A stretch of 64,000 bases of DNA from a virus. Positions 16,462-26,300 of this stretch are shown here, piece by piece; position 1 is the stretch's first letter; every line of letters begins with the position of its first letter. Below the pieces are notes generated by a model. That model was not told the origin of the DNA. It ran no database searches and worked only from the letters and a program-made list of their open reading frames with translations. The translations under genes were made by a program, and so were the position numbers. Location: IMG/VR virus record IMGVR_UViG_3300032805_000001, positions 1 to 64,000 of that record; one strand, 5' to 3'.

Positions 16462-19400
16462 GTGGCCGTAACCCAGGTTGGCACAGCCCCCGCCACCGTT
16501 TACACCACCACCAACGGTGCCAACACCCCCGCGCTGGCGTGGGGGACTGGGCAGAACCGCACCGCCGGCAACATTCTTGTCCTTACCGTCACCGCCGCCG
16601 CGGTCACCTCCGTCACCGCCCCAGCCACCCCGTCCGGGTGGAACGACGGCCTCGCTTCCGGGAACGCCGCCACCCCGCACGCTTATACGGCGATTTACTG
16701 GAAGGTCGCTACCGGCGGCGACGGGGTGCCGTCGATCACGGTCACCACTTCCGGGACGACCCGCTGCGGGTTCAGCTTGTTTGAGCTGACCGGCGCGGAA
16801 AACGTCTCGTCCCCGGTTGACACGTCCGGCACGTACGCGTCCGGGTCAACCGCGGCGAGTTACACCGGGATCACCGTCACCGGCAGCACGAATGTTGCCT
16901 ACGCGGGTGAGTACGGTATCGCCGCGTTCGCGTTCGAGTACGCCACCGCCAGCACGGCCAGCGCGTTCACGGCGGGCAGCGGCTGGACGAACTTCAGCAA
17001 CGACTCCAGCTCGTCCAGCCGTGACCACAACGCGGTTGATTACGCGACGTCCGCGCCGTCGGTGGGCAGCGCCGCATCTGATGCGGCGTCCGCCACTTCC
17101 AACGGCACCGGGTTCGCGGCTGCGGTGCTGGCCACGTTCGCACCACCGCACGACCCGGGCCCGGTCCTGGTCCCGCCATCGCAGCCGCCCGGGGTGCGGG
17201 TCAGCCTGCAGATGGCCGGGCAGGCGCTCGCCTCAGCGATTCCGCAGGTGGCCGTGACGCCGCCAACCCCGGCACCGCTGTACCCGCTGACCCAGCCAGT
17301 GGACGGGTCGCGGCGCCTGGCGCGGCCACCCCGCGGCATTGTCCGGGGGATCGCCGGGGCGGCGCTCGCCGTGTCCGTGCTCGGCCCGCCGGCCGCCCCG
17401 CTGCATCAGCCCGTCCATCCGCCTGTCCGGGTCCTGCCGCCTGCCGGCCGGGTGATTCACCGGGCGGGCACGTTTTCCGGCACCGGCCCGCCGGTCGTTA
17501 TCAAACGCCGCCCGGTCACCCCGCCGGTGCGGCCCCTGCCACCCGCTGGCAGGGTCATCTCACGGGCCGGCACCTTCAGCGGTACCGGCCCGCCGGTCAC
17601 CCCGCTGCACAAGCCGGTCATCCCAGCGGTCCGGGTCCTGCCGCCACGAGGTGTCAAGCACACCCGGGCCGGCGTTTTCAGCGGGACCGGTCCTGCGGTC
17701 ACCGCGCCGCAGCGGCCGGTGCGGGCGGTCACCGGACGGCTGCCGTCCGGGCGGGCTCTCACCGTCCGCATCACCGCCCCGCCCGCCGCCCCCGCCGCCG
17801 GGCCACCCATCTACCCGCTGCACGCCCCGGTCACCCCTGCGGCCCGCCTCCTGCCGCCACGGGGAACAGTCAGCAGCCGCACCGGGATCCGGTCTGGCCA
17901 AGGCCCCGCAGTCCAGCCGTTGCAGCGGCCGGCGCGTCCCAGTGTGCCGTTCCCGGTCCTGCGGGGCCGGGTGCTGTCTTTCAGGGCCCCGGCGCGGATA
18001 CTTCCCCCCGCCACCCTTCCCCTGCACCAGCCGGTGCGGTCTGCTGTGCCTGCCCCGCACCAGCGGGGTATCACCCTGACCGTTTTGCAGCAGGTGACCA
18101 CAGGCCCCTTCAGCGGGCCGCCGCTCACCCCCCTGCACCAGCCGGTGCGGGCGGCGCTGCCCGCCCCCCGCCAGCGCGGCACTGCCCGCACCGCCAGGGG
18201 CATCTACAGTGGTGAAGGCCCAGCCGCCGCCGCGCTCCGCCAGCCTGTCCGAGCTCGCCGCCCGTTCCCGCCGGCTGGAAACACCCGCACCCGCACGGGC
18301 ACCTTCAGCGGTACCGGCCCGCCGGTCACCCCGCTGCACAAGCCGGTCATCCCAGCGGTCCGGGTCCTGCCGCCACGAGGTGTCAAGCACACCCGGGCCG
18401 GCGTTTTCAGCGGGACCGGTCCCGCGCTCGTCCCGCTGCACGCCCCGGTCCGGGCGCGGCCCGCGAACCTGCTCCGCGGCCATGCCATCACCACCCCGGC
18501 ACCGGTCCGGGTGGCCGCCCCCACCACCGGGCCCGCGCTCGTCCCGCTCCGCCAGCCGGTCCGGGGCCGTCTGCCGCTCCCCGTACCCGGCCGCGCCGCC
18601 ACCATGGCGGCCCTCGAGGTCACCCAGCAAGCTCCCATCCCGGCACCGCTGTACCCGCTGCAGCGCCCAGTTCGCGCACCCATCCCCGCCCCGGCCCGCG
18701 GGGGTTCCGGGTATGGGCTGCGGGGGACCGCGACCGGGATTGGCGTCCCCCTGCCGCCATGGACACAGCCGGCGGCCGTTCAGATAACGTTCCTGCGTAC
18801 CGGGCACGTTCAGGCTTCACCGGTCACTGCCCACCCGTTCATTCCCACCACCGGTCCCGCGTTCACCCCCCTCCGGCAGCCGGTCCGGAGTCGTCTGCCG
18901 CTCCCGCCGGCCGGGGTCAGGTACACCCGGGCGGGTGTGTACTCCGGGACCGGGCCCGTGTTCCGGCTCCCGGCAACCCCGGTCACAGCCGCAGTCCGCG
19001 TATCCCCGTTGCGCGGCCATGCCATCACCACCCCGGCACCGGTCCGGGTGGCCGCCCCCACCACCGGGCCCGCGCTCGTCCCGCTCCGCCAGCCGGTCCG
19101 GGGCCGTCTGCCGCTCCCCGTACCCGGCCGCGCCGCGGCGATGGCAGCGATCCCCATCACCGCCGTCACCCCGGTCGCCGCGCCGATCCCGCCCCGCGCG
19201 CATCCGGTCCGGGCTGTCATCCCCGCCCCCGCCAGAGGCGGCAGCACACGAAACCTCAGCAGAATTTTCTCCGGCACCGGGCCGGCTGTCCGCCTGCCGG
19301 CGGGACCGCCCCGGATCACCCGGCCGCTGCCCCCCGCCGGGCGTGTTCTCGGCATCTACCGTCCTGTCCCCCCCGCACCAGCCCCCACCACCGGTCCCGC

Positions 19401-20256
19401 GTTCATCCCCCTGCACCAGCCGGTCCGGGGCCGTCTGCCGCTCCCCGCCCCGGGCCGCGCCGCGGCGATGGCAGCGCTGGCGGTCACCACCGCCCCCCCC
19501 ACCTCCGGGCCGCCGATCCCGCCCCGGGCAACCCCACTGCGGCCAGCCCTGCCCCGGTTCCCGGTCCTGACCGGCCGGGCCCTGGCCACACCGCGACCCG
19601 TCATCCCCGCCGCCCCGGTCACCGGGCCGCGTATCCCGCCGCGGGCTCAGCCATGGCGGCCGGTCATCCCCGCCGCGGCGCGCGGCGGGTACACCCTCAC
19701 CCGCACCGGTACCTTCAGCGGCACTGGCCCGCCAACCGCCCCCCTGCATCAGCCGGCCGGGGACATGGGCCGCCTGGCACCACCCCCCGCCGGGCGCACC
19801 CGCAGCAGCTACATCCCCCCGGCCCGGCAGATTCCTCTCCCGGCACCCCTGCACACCCCGGTCACCGCACCCCGCACCCCGCCACCCGCCGGGCGTGTCC
19901 TCGGCGTGGTCCGCGTCACCGCACTCCAGCCGACCGCCGGGCCACCCATCCACCCGGCCCGCCAGCCCATCCGGGCCCGCCAGCCGCTCCCGCCACCCGG
20001 CCGCGCCGCAGCGATAGCCGCGATCCCGGCCCCCGTCCCGCCCACCTCCGGGCCGCCGATCCCGCCCCGCGCCCAGCCGTGGCGGCCGGCACTGCCCGCC
20101 CCGCACCAGCACGGCATCGCCACCACGTTCCTCATGCCCATCTACCCGCCGCCCCCGCCGTCGAACGCCCTGTTCACCGCCACCGGCGCCCGGTGGCGAT
20201 GGGACACCACCGGTACCCAGTGGAAATGGGGCGCGGGCGGCGCCCGCAACCAGTGA
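16462..20256 (+). CDS. Large protein: N-terminal beta domain plus roughly 25-30 Pro/Arg-rich repeats (putative fibre scaffold)
   Basis: Consensus GP.(V/I).PL(H/R)QPVR..(L)P.PP.GR...R.G.FSGT; GGGAGG RBS; Trp-rich C-terminus. Confidence 0.75.
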   Translation: MAVTQVGTAPATVYTTTNGANTPALAWGTGQNRTAGNILVLTVTAAAVTSVTAPATPSGWNDGLASGNAATPHAYTAIYWKVATGGDGVPSITVTTSGTTRCGFSLFELTGAENVSSPVDTSGTYASGSTAASYTGITVTGSTNVAYAGEYGIAAFAFEYATASTASAFTAGSGWTNFSNDSSSSSRDHNAVDYATSAPSVGSAASDAASATSNGTGFAAAVLATFAPPHDPGPVLVPPSQPPGVRVSLQMAGQALASAIPQVAVTPPTPAPLYPLTQPVDGSRRLARPPRGIVRGIAGAALAVSVLGPPAAPLHQPVHPPVRVLPPAGRVIHRAGTFSGTGPPVVIKRRPVTPPVRPLPPAGRVISRAGTFSGTGPPVTPLHKPVIPAVRVLPPRGVKHTRAGVFSGTGPAVTAPQRPVRAVTGRLPSGRALTVRITAPPAAPAAGPPIYPLHAPVTPAARLLPPRGTVSSRTGIRSGQGPAVQPLQRPARPSVPFPVLRGRVLSFRAPARILPPATLPLHQPVRSAVPAPHQRGITLTVLQQVTTGPFSGPPLTPLHQPVRAALPAPRQRGTARTARGIYSGEGPAAAALRQPVRARRPFPPAGNTRTRTGTFSGTGPPVTPLHKPVIPAVRVLPPRGVKHTRAGVFSGTGPALVPLHAPVRARPANLLRGHAITTPAPVRVAAPTTGPALVPLRQPVRGRLPLPVPGRAATMAALEVTQQAPIPAPLYPLQRPVRAPIPAPARGGSGYGLRGTATGIGVPLPPWTQPAAVQITFLRTGHVQASPVTAHPFIPTTGPAFTPLRQPVRSRLPLPPAGVRYTRAGVYSGTGPVFRLPATPVTAAVRVSPLRGHAITTPAPVRVAAPTTGPALVPLRQPVRGRLPLPVPGRAAAMAAIPITAVTPVAAPIPPRAHPVRAVIPAPARGGSTRNLSRIFSGTGPAVRLPAGPPRITRPLPPAGRVLGIYRPVPPAPAPTTGPAFIPLHQPVRGRLPLPAPGRAAAMAALAVTTAPPTSGPPIPPRATPLRPALPRFPVLTGRALATPRPVIPAAPVTGPRIPPRAQPWRPVIPAAARGGYTLTRTGTFSGTGPPTAPLHQPAGDMGRLAPPPAGRTRSSYIPPARQIPLPAPLHTPVTAPRTPPPAGRVLGVVRVTALQPTAGPPIHPARQPIRARQPLPPPGRAAAIAAIPAPVPPTSGPPIPPRAQPWRPALPAPHQHGIATTFLMPIYPPPPPSNALFTATGARWRWDTTGTQWKWGAGGARNQ
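17569..18422 (+). repeat. 125-bp direct repeat pair (17569-17693 and 18298-18422)
   Basis: Identical by eye, GGCACCTTCAGCGGTACC...GGGACCGGTCC. Confidence 0.85.
18475..19136 (+). repeat. 125-bp direct repeat pair (18475-18599 and 19012-19136)
   Basis: Identical by eye, CGCGGCCATGCCATCACC...CGGCCGCGCCGC. Confidence 0.85.
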
Positions 20257-20274
20257 CACAGCCCGGGGGGTGAC

Positions 20275-20604
20275 ATGAACACCGTCGCCCAGTCAGTCCT
20301 GTCCACCAACTACCTGCAGGTCCTCATCACCACCAAAGCCCCCGCCGGGTACAACCCGACCGGGGACCCGGTGGCGATGGCGTTCACCCCGCTCACCTAC
20401 CCGCTGACCTCACCGACTGCGGCGTACTGGGTCACCGGGCAGTGGGTGACATTCCCGGGGCCCGCCTACTGGTGTGAGGCGCTCGTCGGCCCCGCGAACG
20501 GCGGCACCGCCCTCACCCTCGGCACCTACCAGGTCTGGGTGAAAATCAGTGATTCCCCGGAAGTTCCGGTACTGCAACCTTGCTTGCTGGAGATCACGCC
20601 GTGA
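20275..20604 (+). CDS. Small Ig-like fibre adaptor (BppU N-terminal-like)
   Basis: GTYQVWVKI.DSPEVPV motif typical of actinophage fibre adaptors. Confidence 0.55.
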   Translation: MNTVAQSVLSTNYLQVLITTKAPAGYNPTGDPVAMAFTPLTYPLTSPTAAYWVTGQWVTFPGPAYWCEALVGPANGGTALTLGTYQVWVKISDSPEVPVLQPCLLEITP

Positions 20605-22577
20605 CCGTTGAACTGTTCGCCAGCCAGCCGCAGACCACGGTCTCCTCCGGCGGCACCACCGCCCCATCCCCAGGCACCGTCGAAAACTGGACAGTCGCCT
20701 CCTCGGGCGCGTTTCCCGCCGCGTCCTCCACCGCCGTGCCCGCCACCCAATTCCACGTCGCCGACACCAACGCCAGCGCCGACAGCGAAATCATCGCCGT
20801 CACCAACGTGTCCGGCACCACCTGGACCGTCACCCGCGGCGCCGAAGGCAGCACCCCCGTCGCGCACACCTCCGGGTTCACCGTCCGGCAAGTCGTCACC
20901 AAAGGCTGGCTGAACACCGTCCCCGCCTCCGGCGCATCCAGCATCACCACCGTGTACGCCTCCGGCGACACCACCGGCGCGGCCGACACCACCGCCATCC
21001 AGAACGCGCTCAGCGCGCTCCCATCCGGCGGCACCGTCTACCTCGCCTCCTACCTGTACTACACGAACACGCCGATCATCGTCCCCCCCTGCGTCACCCT
21101 CCAGGGCGCCACCTTCACCTACCTGTGGCCCAACGAATACGGCACCCCAAACGGGTCACTCGCCCCCCAGTCGCAGATCATCCCCGTCTCCGCGTTCTCC
21201 GGCGACTCCGTAATCAAAATGATCGACCAGTCAACCGGCGGTTACGCTGCGGCGTCCGGCAACCAGGTGATTAACAACATCACCGTCAACGGGTCAAGCC
21301 TGCCCGGCGGGAACACCGTCAACGGGTTCGAGTGGTACGGGTCGATCATCGGCATGGTCATGAACGAATGCTCAGCCAGCGCCGTCGGCGGCCACGGATA
21401 CGCCGTCGTCTCCCACACCGGCGCCGGGATCGGCTACGGCGACCTTGACCAGCTCGCCGCCACCAACTGTGTCGCCTACGCCTGCGGCGGCGACGGGTTC
21501 CACTTCCTCGGCCTGTCCGACTCGATCTTCGTCGGCTGCCACTCCATCGGGAACACCGGCAACGCCTGGTACTCCTACCTCGGCAACCACAACTACTTCA
21601 CCAACTGCAAGGGGGAATGGTCGGCGATCGGATGGCGGATCGACGTCCCCTCCGGCAACCACACCCTCGCCCGCATGGGCTTCGAGGGCTGCTCCACCGA
21701 CTACAACAACGGTGACGGGTTCTACTTCACCGGCAACCAGACCGGCGGCGTTGTCACCATGACCGGGTGCATCGCCCACGCCGACGGGCACACCGGCGGC
21801 ACTGCCACCGCCGGCTTCCACGTCTCCGGCACCGGCTACCCGATCCTGCTCACCGGCTGCGCCGCCTACACCGACACCACCGACGCCGGCACCAACCCGT
21901 ACGGGCCCGCCTACGGCATCGCCGCCGGATCCACCCCCACCATGCTCGCCGTCAGCGACACCTACGTGCAGGGCTACACCGCGGGCATCAACTACGACCA
22001 GACCGGCACCGTCTACACCGGCACCAACGTCATCTCCGTCACCGGCGGTTCCGGCACCGTCCCCACCACCGGGGTCATCCAGCCCGTCACCGGCTGGGGC
22101 AACACCACCCTCCCCACCCCCACCCCGCCGCATACCTACACCGGCAGCGTCGCCATCCAGAGCGTCCTCCCCGGGCCCACCATCGCCGCGAACGCCGCCG
22201 CCAACGGGCTCACCTACGAGTTCGACTGCTGGGGTGCCGTCACCACCACCGTCGACACGCAGACACTCCAATGGCGGGCCTACTACGGCGGCACCGCCGG
22301 AACCGTCATCCTCGACACCGGCGCACAGGCCCCCAGCGCAAGCACCGCCCTCACCGGCGCTGCGGTCCGGTTCAAAGGCGTCGTCCAGTTCCTGTCCGCA
22401 ACCCAAGCGTCCGCAGCCGCCCAGCTAGACCAGAACTATTACCCGGAGACGGTCGGCCAGCAAACCACCGCCGTCACCTCCACGACCGCCAAGCAACTCA
22501 CCATCGGCATGACCCCCTCCGGGACCGCCGTGTCCCTCACGATCAACGGCGGTTACTGGCGCCGGATCAACCTCTAG
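20601..22577 (+). CDS. Pectate-lyase-like beta-helix tailspike/depolymerase
   Basis: GAADTTAIQNAL...GGTVYL followed by right-handed beta-helix repeats (NxGxGF); GTGA coupling. Confidence 0.75.
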   Translation: MTVELFASQPQTTVSSGGTTAPSPGTVENWTVASSGAFPAASSTAVPATQFHVADTNASADSEIIAVTNVSGTTWTVTRGAEGSTPVAHTSGFTVRQVVTKGWLNTVPASGASSITTVYASGDTTGAADTTAIQNALSALPSGGTVYLASYLYYTNTPIIVPPCVTLQGATFTYLWPNEYGTPNGSLAPQSQIIPVSAFSGDSVIKMIDQSTGGYAAASGNQVINNITVNGSSLPGGNTVNGFEWYGSIIGMVMNECSASAVGGHGYAVVSHTGAGIGYGDLDQLAATNCVAYACGGDGFHFLGLSDSIFVGCHSIGNTGNAWYSYLGNHNYFTNCKGEWSAIGWRIDVPSGNHTLARMGFEGCSTDYNNGDGFYFTGNQTGGVVTMTGCIAHADGHTGGTATAGFHVSGTGYPILLTGCAAYTDTTDAGTNPYGPAYGIAAGSTPTMLAVSDTYVQGYTAGINYDQTGTVYTGTNVISVTGGSGTVPTTGVIQPVTGWGNTTLPTPTPPHTYTGSVAIQSVLPGPTIAANAAANGLTYEFDCWGAVTTTVDTQTLQWRAYYGGTAGTVILDTGAQAPSASTALTGAAVRFKGVVQFLSATQASAAAQLDQNYYPETVGQQTTAVTSTTAKQLTIGMTPSGTAVSLTINGGYWRRINL

Positions 22578-22582
22578 GCCCC

Positions 22583-22783
22583 TTGGCTGACACCAGGCGT
22601 CTCCTCGCCGCCATCGCTGAGGCTATGAACGCGGCCGAACGAGCCGGGCTGGTCATCACCAACCTGCAAGACGGGATCGTGTGGACCCCCGCCGGGTATG
22701 TCGTCCCGTTCGGGGAGGAACGGCTCGGCTGCCGGTGGGTGGTACGGGCGCGGATCGAGTACGTGCCTCAGAGGGAGAGCTAA
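22583..22783 (+). CDS. Small hypothetical protein
   Basis: 66 aa from TTG 22583 (3' part of the 21767 ORF). Confidence 0.4.
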   Translation: MADTRRLLAAIAEAMNAAERAGLVITNLQDGIVWTPAGYVVPFGEERLGCRWVVRARIEYVPQRES

Positions 22784-23106
22784 CACCCCGGCAACCCGGA
22801 CGTGACGGTGATTGCCGCATCGGGCCCGCGCATGCTGCGTATCCAGTCGGCGTAACTCATTCCCTCCGGGCAGCGGGCGCGAATGAAATGCTCCTCGCCA
22901 TGACCCCGAATGCTGACCAGCATGCGCTCGGCACAGCACGGCCCCACGCCGTAAGAAGTAAACATGTAGCCGCCACTGCGGGGATCGTCCGTCAGGTCCG
23001 TGTCATCAAGGTCGCAGAGCACCGTGCGGCCCACAGGGATTGACACCGGAACCCCAGCGTCCAGCGCATCAGCATATGCCTGGTGAAGCGGGTGCAGCTC
23101 ACTCAC
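22780..23106 (-). CDS. Hypothetical protein (reverse-strand insert)
   Basis: 108 aa with Cys motifs; coupled to the upstream minus-strand gene. Confidence 0.55.
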   Translation of the reverse strand: MSELHPLHQAYADALDAGVPVSIPVGRTVLCDLDDTDLTDDPRSGGYMFTSYGVGPCCAERMLVSIRGHGEEHFIRARCPEGMSYADWIRSMRGPDAAITVTSGLPGC

Positions 23107-23378
23107 AGGACTGCCCCCTCTTCCCTTAGCTGTACGTCCCGGGCGATGTCGGCCTGCTCAATCATCCACATGCCGAGCGCGTTCATCTCCTGCCACGGCA
23201 TGTAGTGCACGCTGCACGTCAGGTCCCCGGTGCAGCACTCGATGTCACCGCCCGCGTCCTGGCAGCGGTCATCCTCGACCCAGAGCAGCGTCTGCCCAGT
23301 CCCATTGATGTACTCCGCGCCAATGCGGGCCCAGACGGGGACGCCCGCCGGCCGTTCCGGCTTCGTGTAGTTGCTCAT
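23103..23378 (-). CDS. Hypothetical protein (reverse-strand insert)
   Basis: MSNYTKPERP..., 91 aa; GACGAT 6 nt before ATG. Confidence 0.5.
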   Translation of the reverse strand: MSNYTKPERPAGVPVWARIGAEYINGTGQTLLWVEDDRCQDAGGDIECCTGDLTCSVHYMPWQEMNALGMWMIEQADIARDVQLREEGAVL

Positions 23379-23392
23379 CCGCTCATCGTCGC

Positions 23393-26300
23393 ATGCCCTT
23401 AGCCGGGCTTCCTGGAGGTGACCGCGTGGGATCTCCTCCCGGCACGGCCCCGGTCCGCGGGCCCGGTGGCCTATTCGCCGGCCGCACCCCCGCATCCGGC
23501 GGGGCATCCGGCGGGTCATCCGGGAGCGGTGACTCCACGGCACCGCAGACAGGCCAGCAGGCGACAGGCACCAGAACCGACACGACCGGAGGTGGCGGCG
23601 GAGGCGGCCACGCCGACGGCCAGCAGCCGCACGACCACCCGCCGCACCTGCCCGCCACCGGCACAACGCAGCAGCCACCCGCCACCGGCACCACGGCACA
23701 GCCACCCGCACAAGCCGCACCCGAACCCCGCGACACCCCGCAAAGCAGGAAACTCGAACAGCAGATCGCCGAACTCCGGGACAAGCTCAAAAACGTCCAG
23801 GACCGTCTCGCCGGCGAAGGCACCCCCGCCACCGAAAGCGGCCTGATCCACCAGCAGGAAACCCTCGATCTCCAGATCAAGGAACTCGAAGCCGCAGCCG
23901 CACACCTGCGCCGGGAAGCCGGAGCAAACCCGGAAACCAAGGCCACCGCCCCGCACATCAGTAAGGAGGCCGGCATGGCCGCGACCGCCACCGCTGAACT
24001 CACCTACGCCACCTTCCCCATCGAGAAGATGGAAGAAGAAGACGGCACGCTCTACGTCTACGGCAAAGCAACAACGCCCGACGTGGACAGCGACGAGCAG
24101 GTGGTCGACTCCTCCTGGAGCGGGTCCGCGATGAAAACCTGGTTCGAGACCGGGCCCAACATCCGCGTCCAGCACAACGGCCAGCGCGACCCCGCCGGCT
24201 CCGGCGTCAAAATCGAAATCGACCGCGACGGCGACGGCGCCCACTGGGTCAAAGCCGCCATCGACGAACCCATCGCCCAGCGGCTTGTCAAAAAAGGCCA
24301 CCTGCGGGCCTTCTCCGTCGGCATCGCCAAACCCGTCATCATCCGCGACGTCACCGGCAAAGCCCGCGGCGGCATCATCAAAGGCGGCGAACTCGCCGAG
24401 ATCAGCCTCGTCGACCGGCCCGCCAACCGGTCCTGCTACGTCGAGCTCGCCAAGGCTGCCGCTGACGGGCACTGCGAGTTCACCGGCAAAACGATCGGCG
24501 CCGACCTGCTCACCAAGGGCGAGGACACGGTGAACGTGGACGTCCCCAAGAGCGCGTCCATCACCTTCTCACCCGGCGACCTCGCCAAACTCCTCGGGCA
24601 CCGCAGGACCGCCGAGGACCGCGAGCAGGCCGCTCTCACCCCGGACGTCGCCAAACGGGACTTCGACCGCAACGTCGGCGGGGGAGTGGACCGGGACAAG
24701 ATCCCCGACGCGGACTTCGCTGGCCGGAACCGGTCATTCCCCATCGTCACCCCCGGCGACGTATCCGACGCCCTCCACTCCATCGGCCGCGCCGGAGCGG
24801 ACAACTACGACGCAAACACGCTGCACGCCAACATCCTGCGCATCGCCCGCCGCAAGGGCTTCCCGGTGCCGGATTCCGCGAAGAAGCCAAAGAAGAAAAA
24901 GGAGAAGTCCATGGGCGAACCGCAGGTCACCGTGGCCGAACCAGAAGAGGTCAAGGGCAGCAAGTGCGCGACCTGCAACGGGACCGGGAAAATCCGCGGC
25001 GGCCACGTGGACTGCCCCGACTGTGACGGCGGGAGCGCCCCGTCTGGCGGCAGCTCAGAGAAAGCGGACCTGTCCGCCTCCGCGCCAGCCGGCACTGAGG
25101 CCACCAAGAGCGACGGCGGGGACGGCGACGCCCCGCAGTTGCACCACGACGACGGTGACGACGACGACACCGACTCCGACGCTGACGCCATGGACAAGGG
25201 CGCCGCGCCGGAGAAGACCGCCGTACCGGACATGGCCAAGAAGCCCAAGATCCCATGCCCCAAGTGCAAGGGCATGAACAAGGCCAAGGCCAAGTTCTGC
25301 GGCAAATGCGGCACCGCCATGGCCGCCGAGAAGGCCAGCAAGCCCACTCCCGGTGACGGGGTGACCGGCGAGCACACCGAACCCGCCCCGCCGCACCGGG
25401 AACCGGACGGGCCCGCGATCGAATCCCTCGAGCACGACGCTGGCCTGCCCACCACCCCCGACTCCAGCGTCAAAGCCGACGAAGCGATGCTCGTCGCCGC
25501 CCGGCACAAGACCGTCGGCGCCGACCGTGAAATGGGCATGCTCCACGACCTCACCTGCGCCGCCTACGACCCCGCCGCCGTCGCCAAGTCCTACGACGGC
25601 GTCGACTTCTCCGCGATCAACGTCGCCACCTGGCTCGACAAAACCCTCACCCTCGCCGCATCCGCCCCCCTGGAGCAGGCACGCGAAGCGGGCAGGCTCG
25701 TCGAGACCGCCGTCACCCTCAAAGCCATCGCCCCCGATCTCGCCGACGAACTCCGCCACGAGGCGCACAAGGCGTTCCGGGACGCCAACCCCGGCCCCGC
25801 CCACGCCCCCACACCCACCGAGATCAGCGCGCAGCGGTTCAACCGGCCCCTCATCACCGACGGCCGCGCCGCCCCATCCCCGGACCAGAAGCCGCCGAAC
25901 AAGGCCCCCATCCACCCCGGCCACATCGCCGCCGCCGACTTCCACCGGGACCTGATCACCGCCGGGCACGCCGCCGACTCCCCGGACAACGACTCCGCGC
26001 GCCCCGAACCCGTCCCCGCACCAGAAGTCCCCGGGGTGCCGTCCCGGGTGTACTACACGCGGGTCCAGCGGCAGAACGCCGCACAGGCCATGCGGTCCAT
26101 GCACGACCACATCGCCGCCACCTTCCCCGACCTGTGCCCCATGCACGGCCCCGGCCGCATGGGCGAGCCGCCCTCGCACGCCCGGCCCGTCCCCGTGGGT
26201 GTCGGCGGGCCCGTCCCGCACGGCGCCACCAAGGCAGCCGAACCGGCCCCGGCCGGGCCGGACGAGTTCGACCGCGCCGAAGCGGAAGCCCGGGCCGCGC

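Noticed and set aside
17569-19136. DGR template/variable repeats
   Set aside because: Copies are identical with no adenine-specific differences, and there is no reverse transcriptase in the window.
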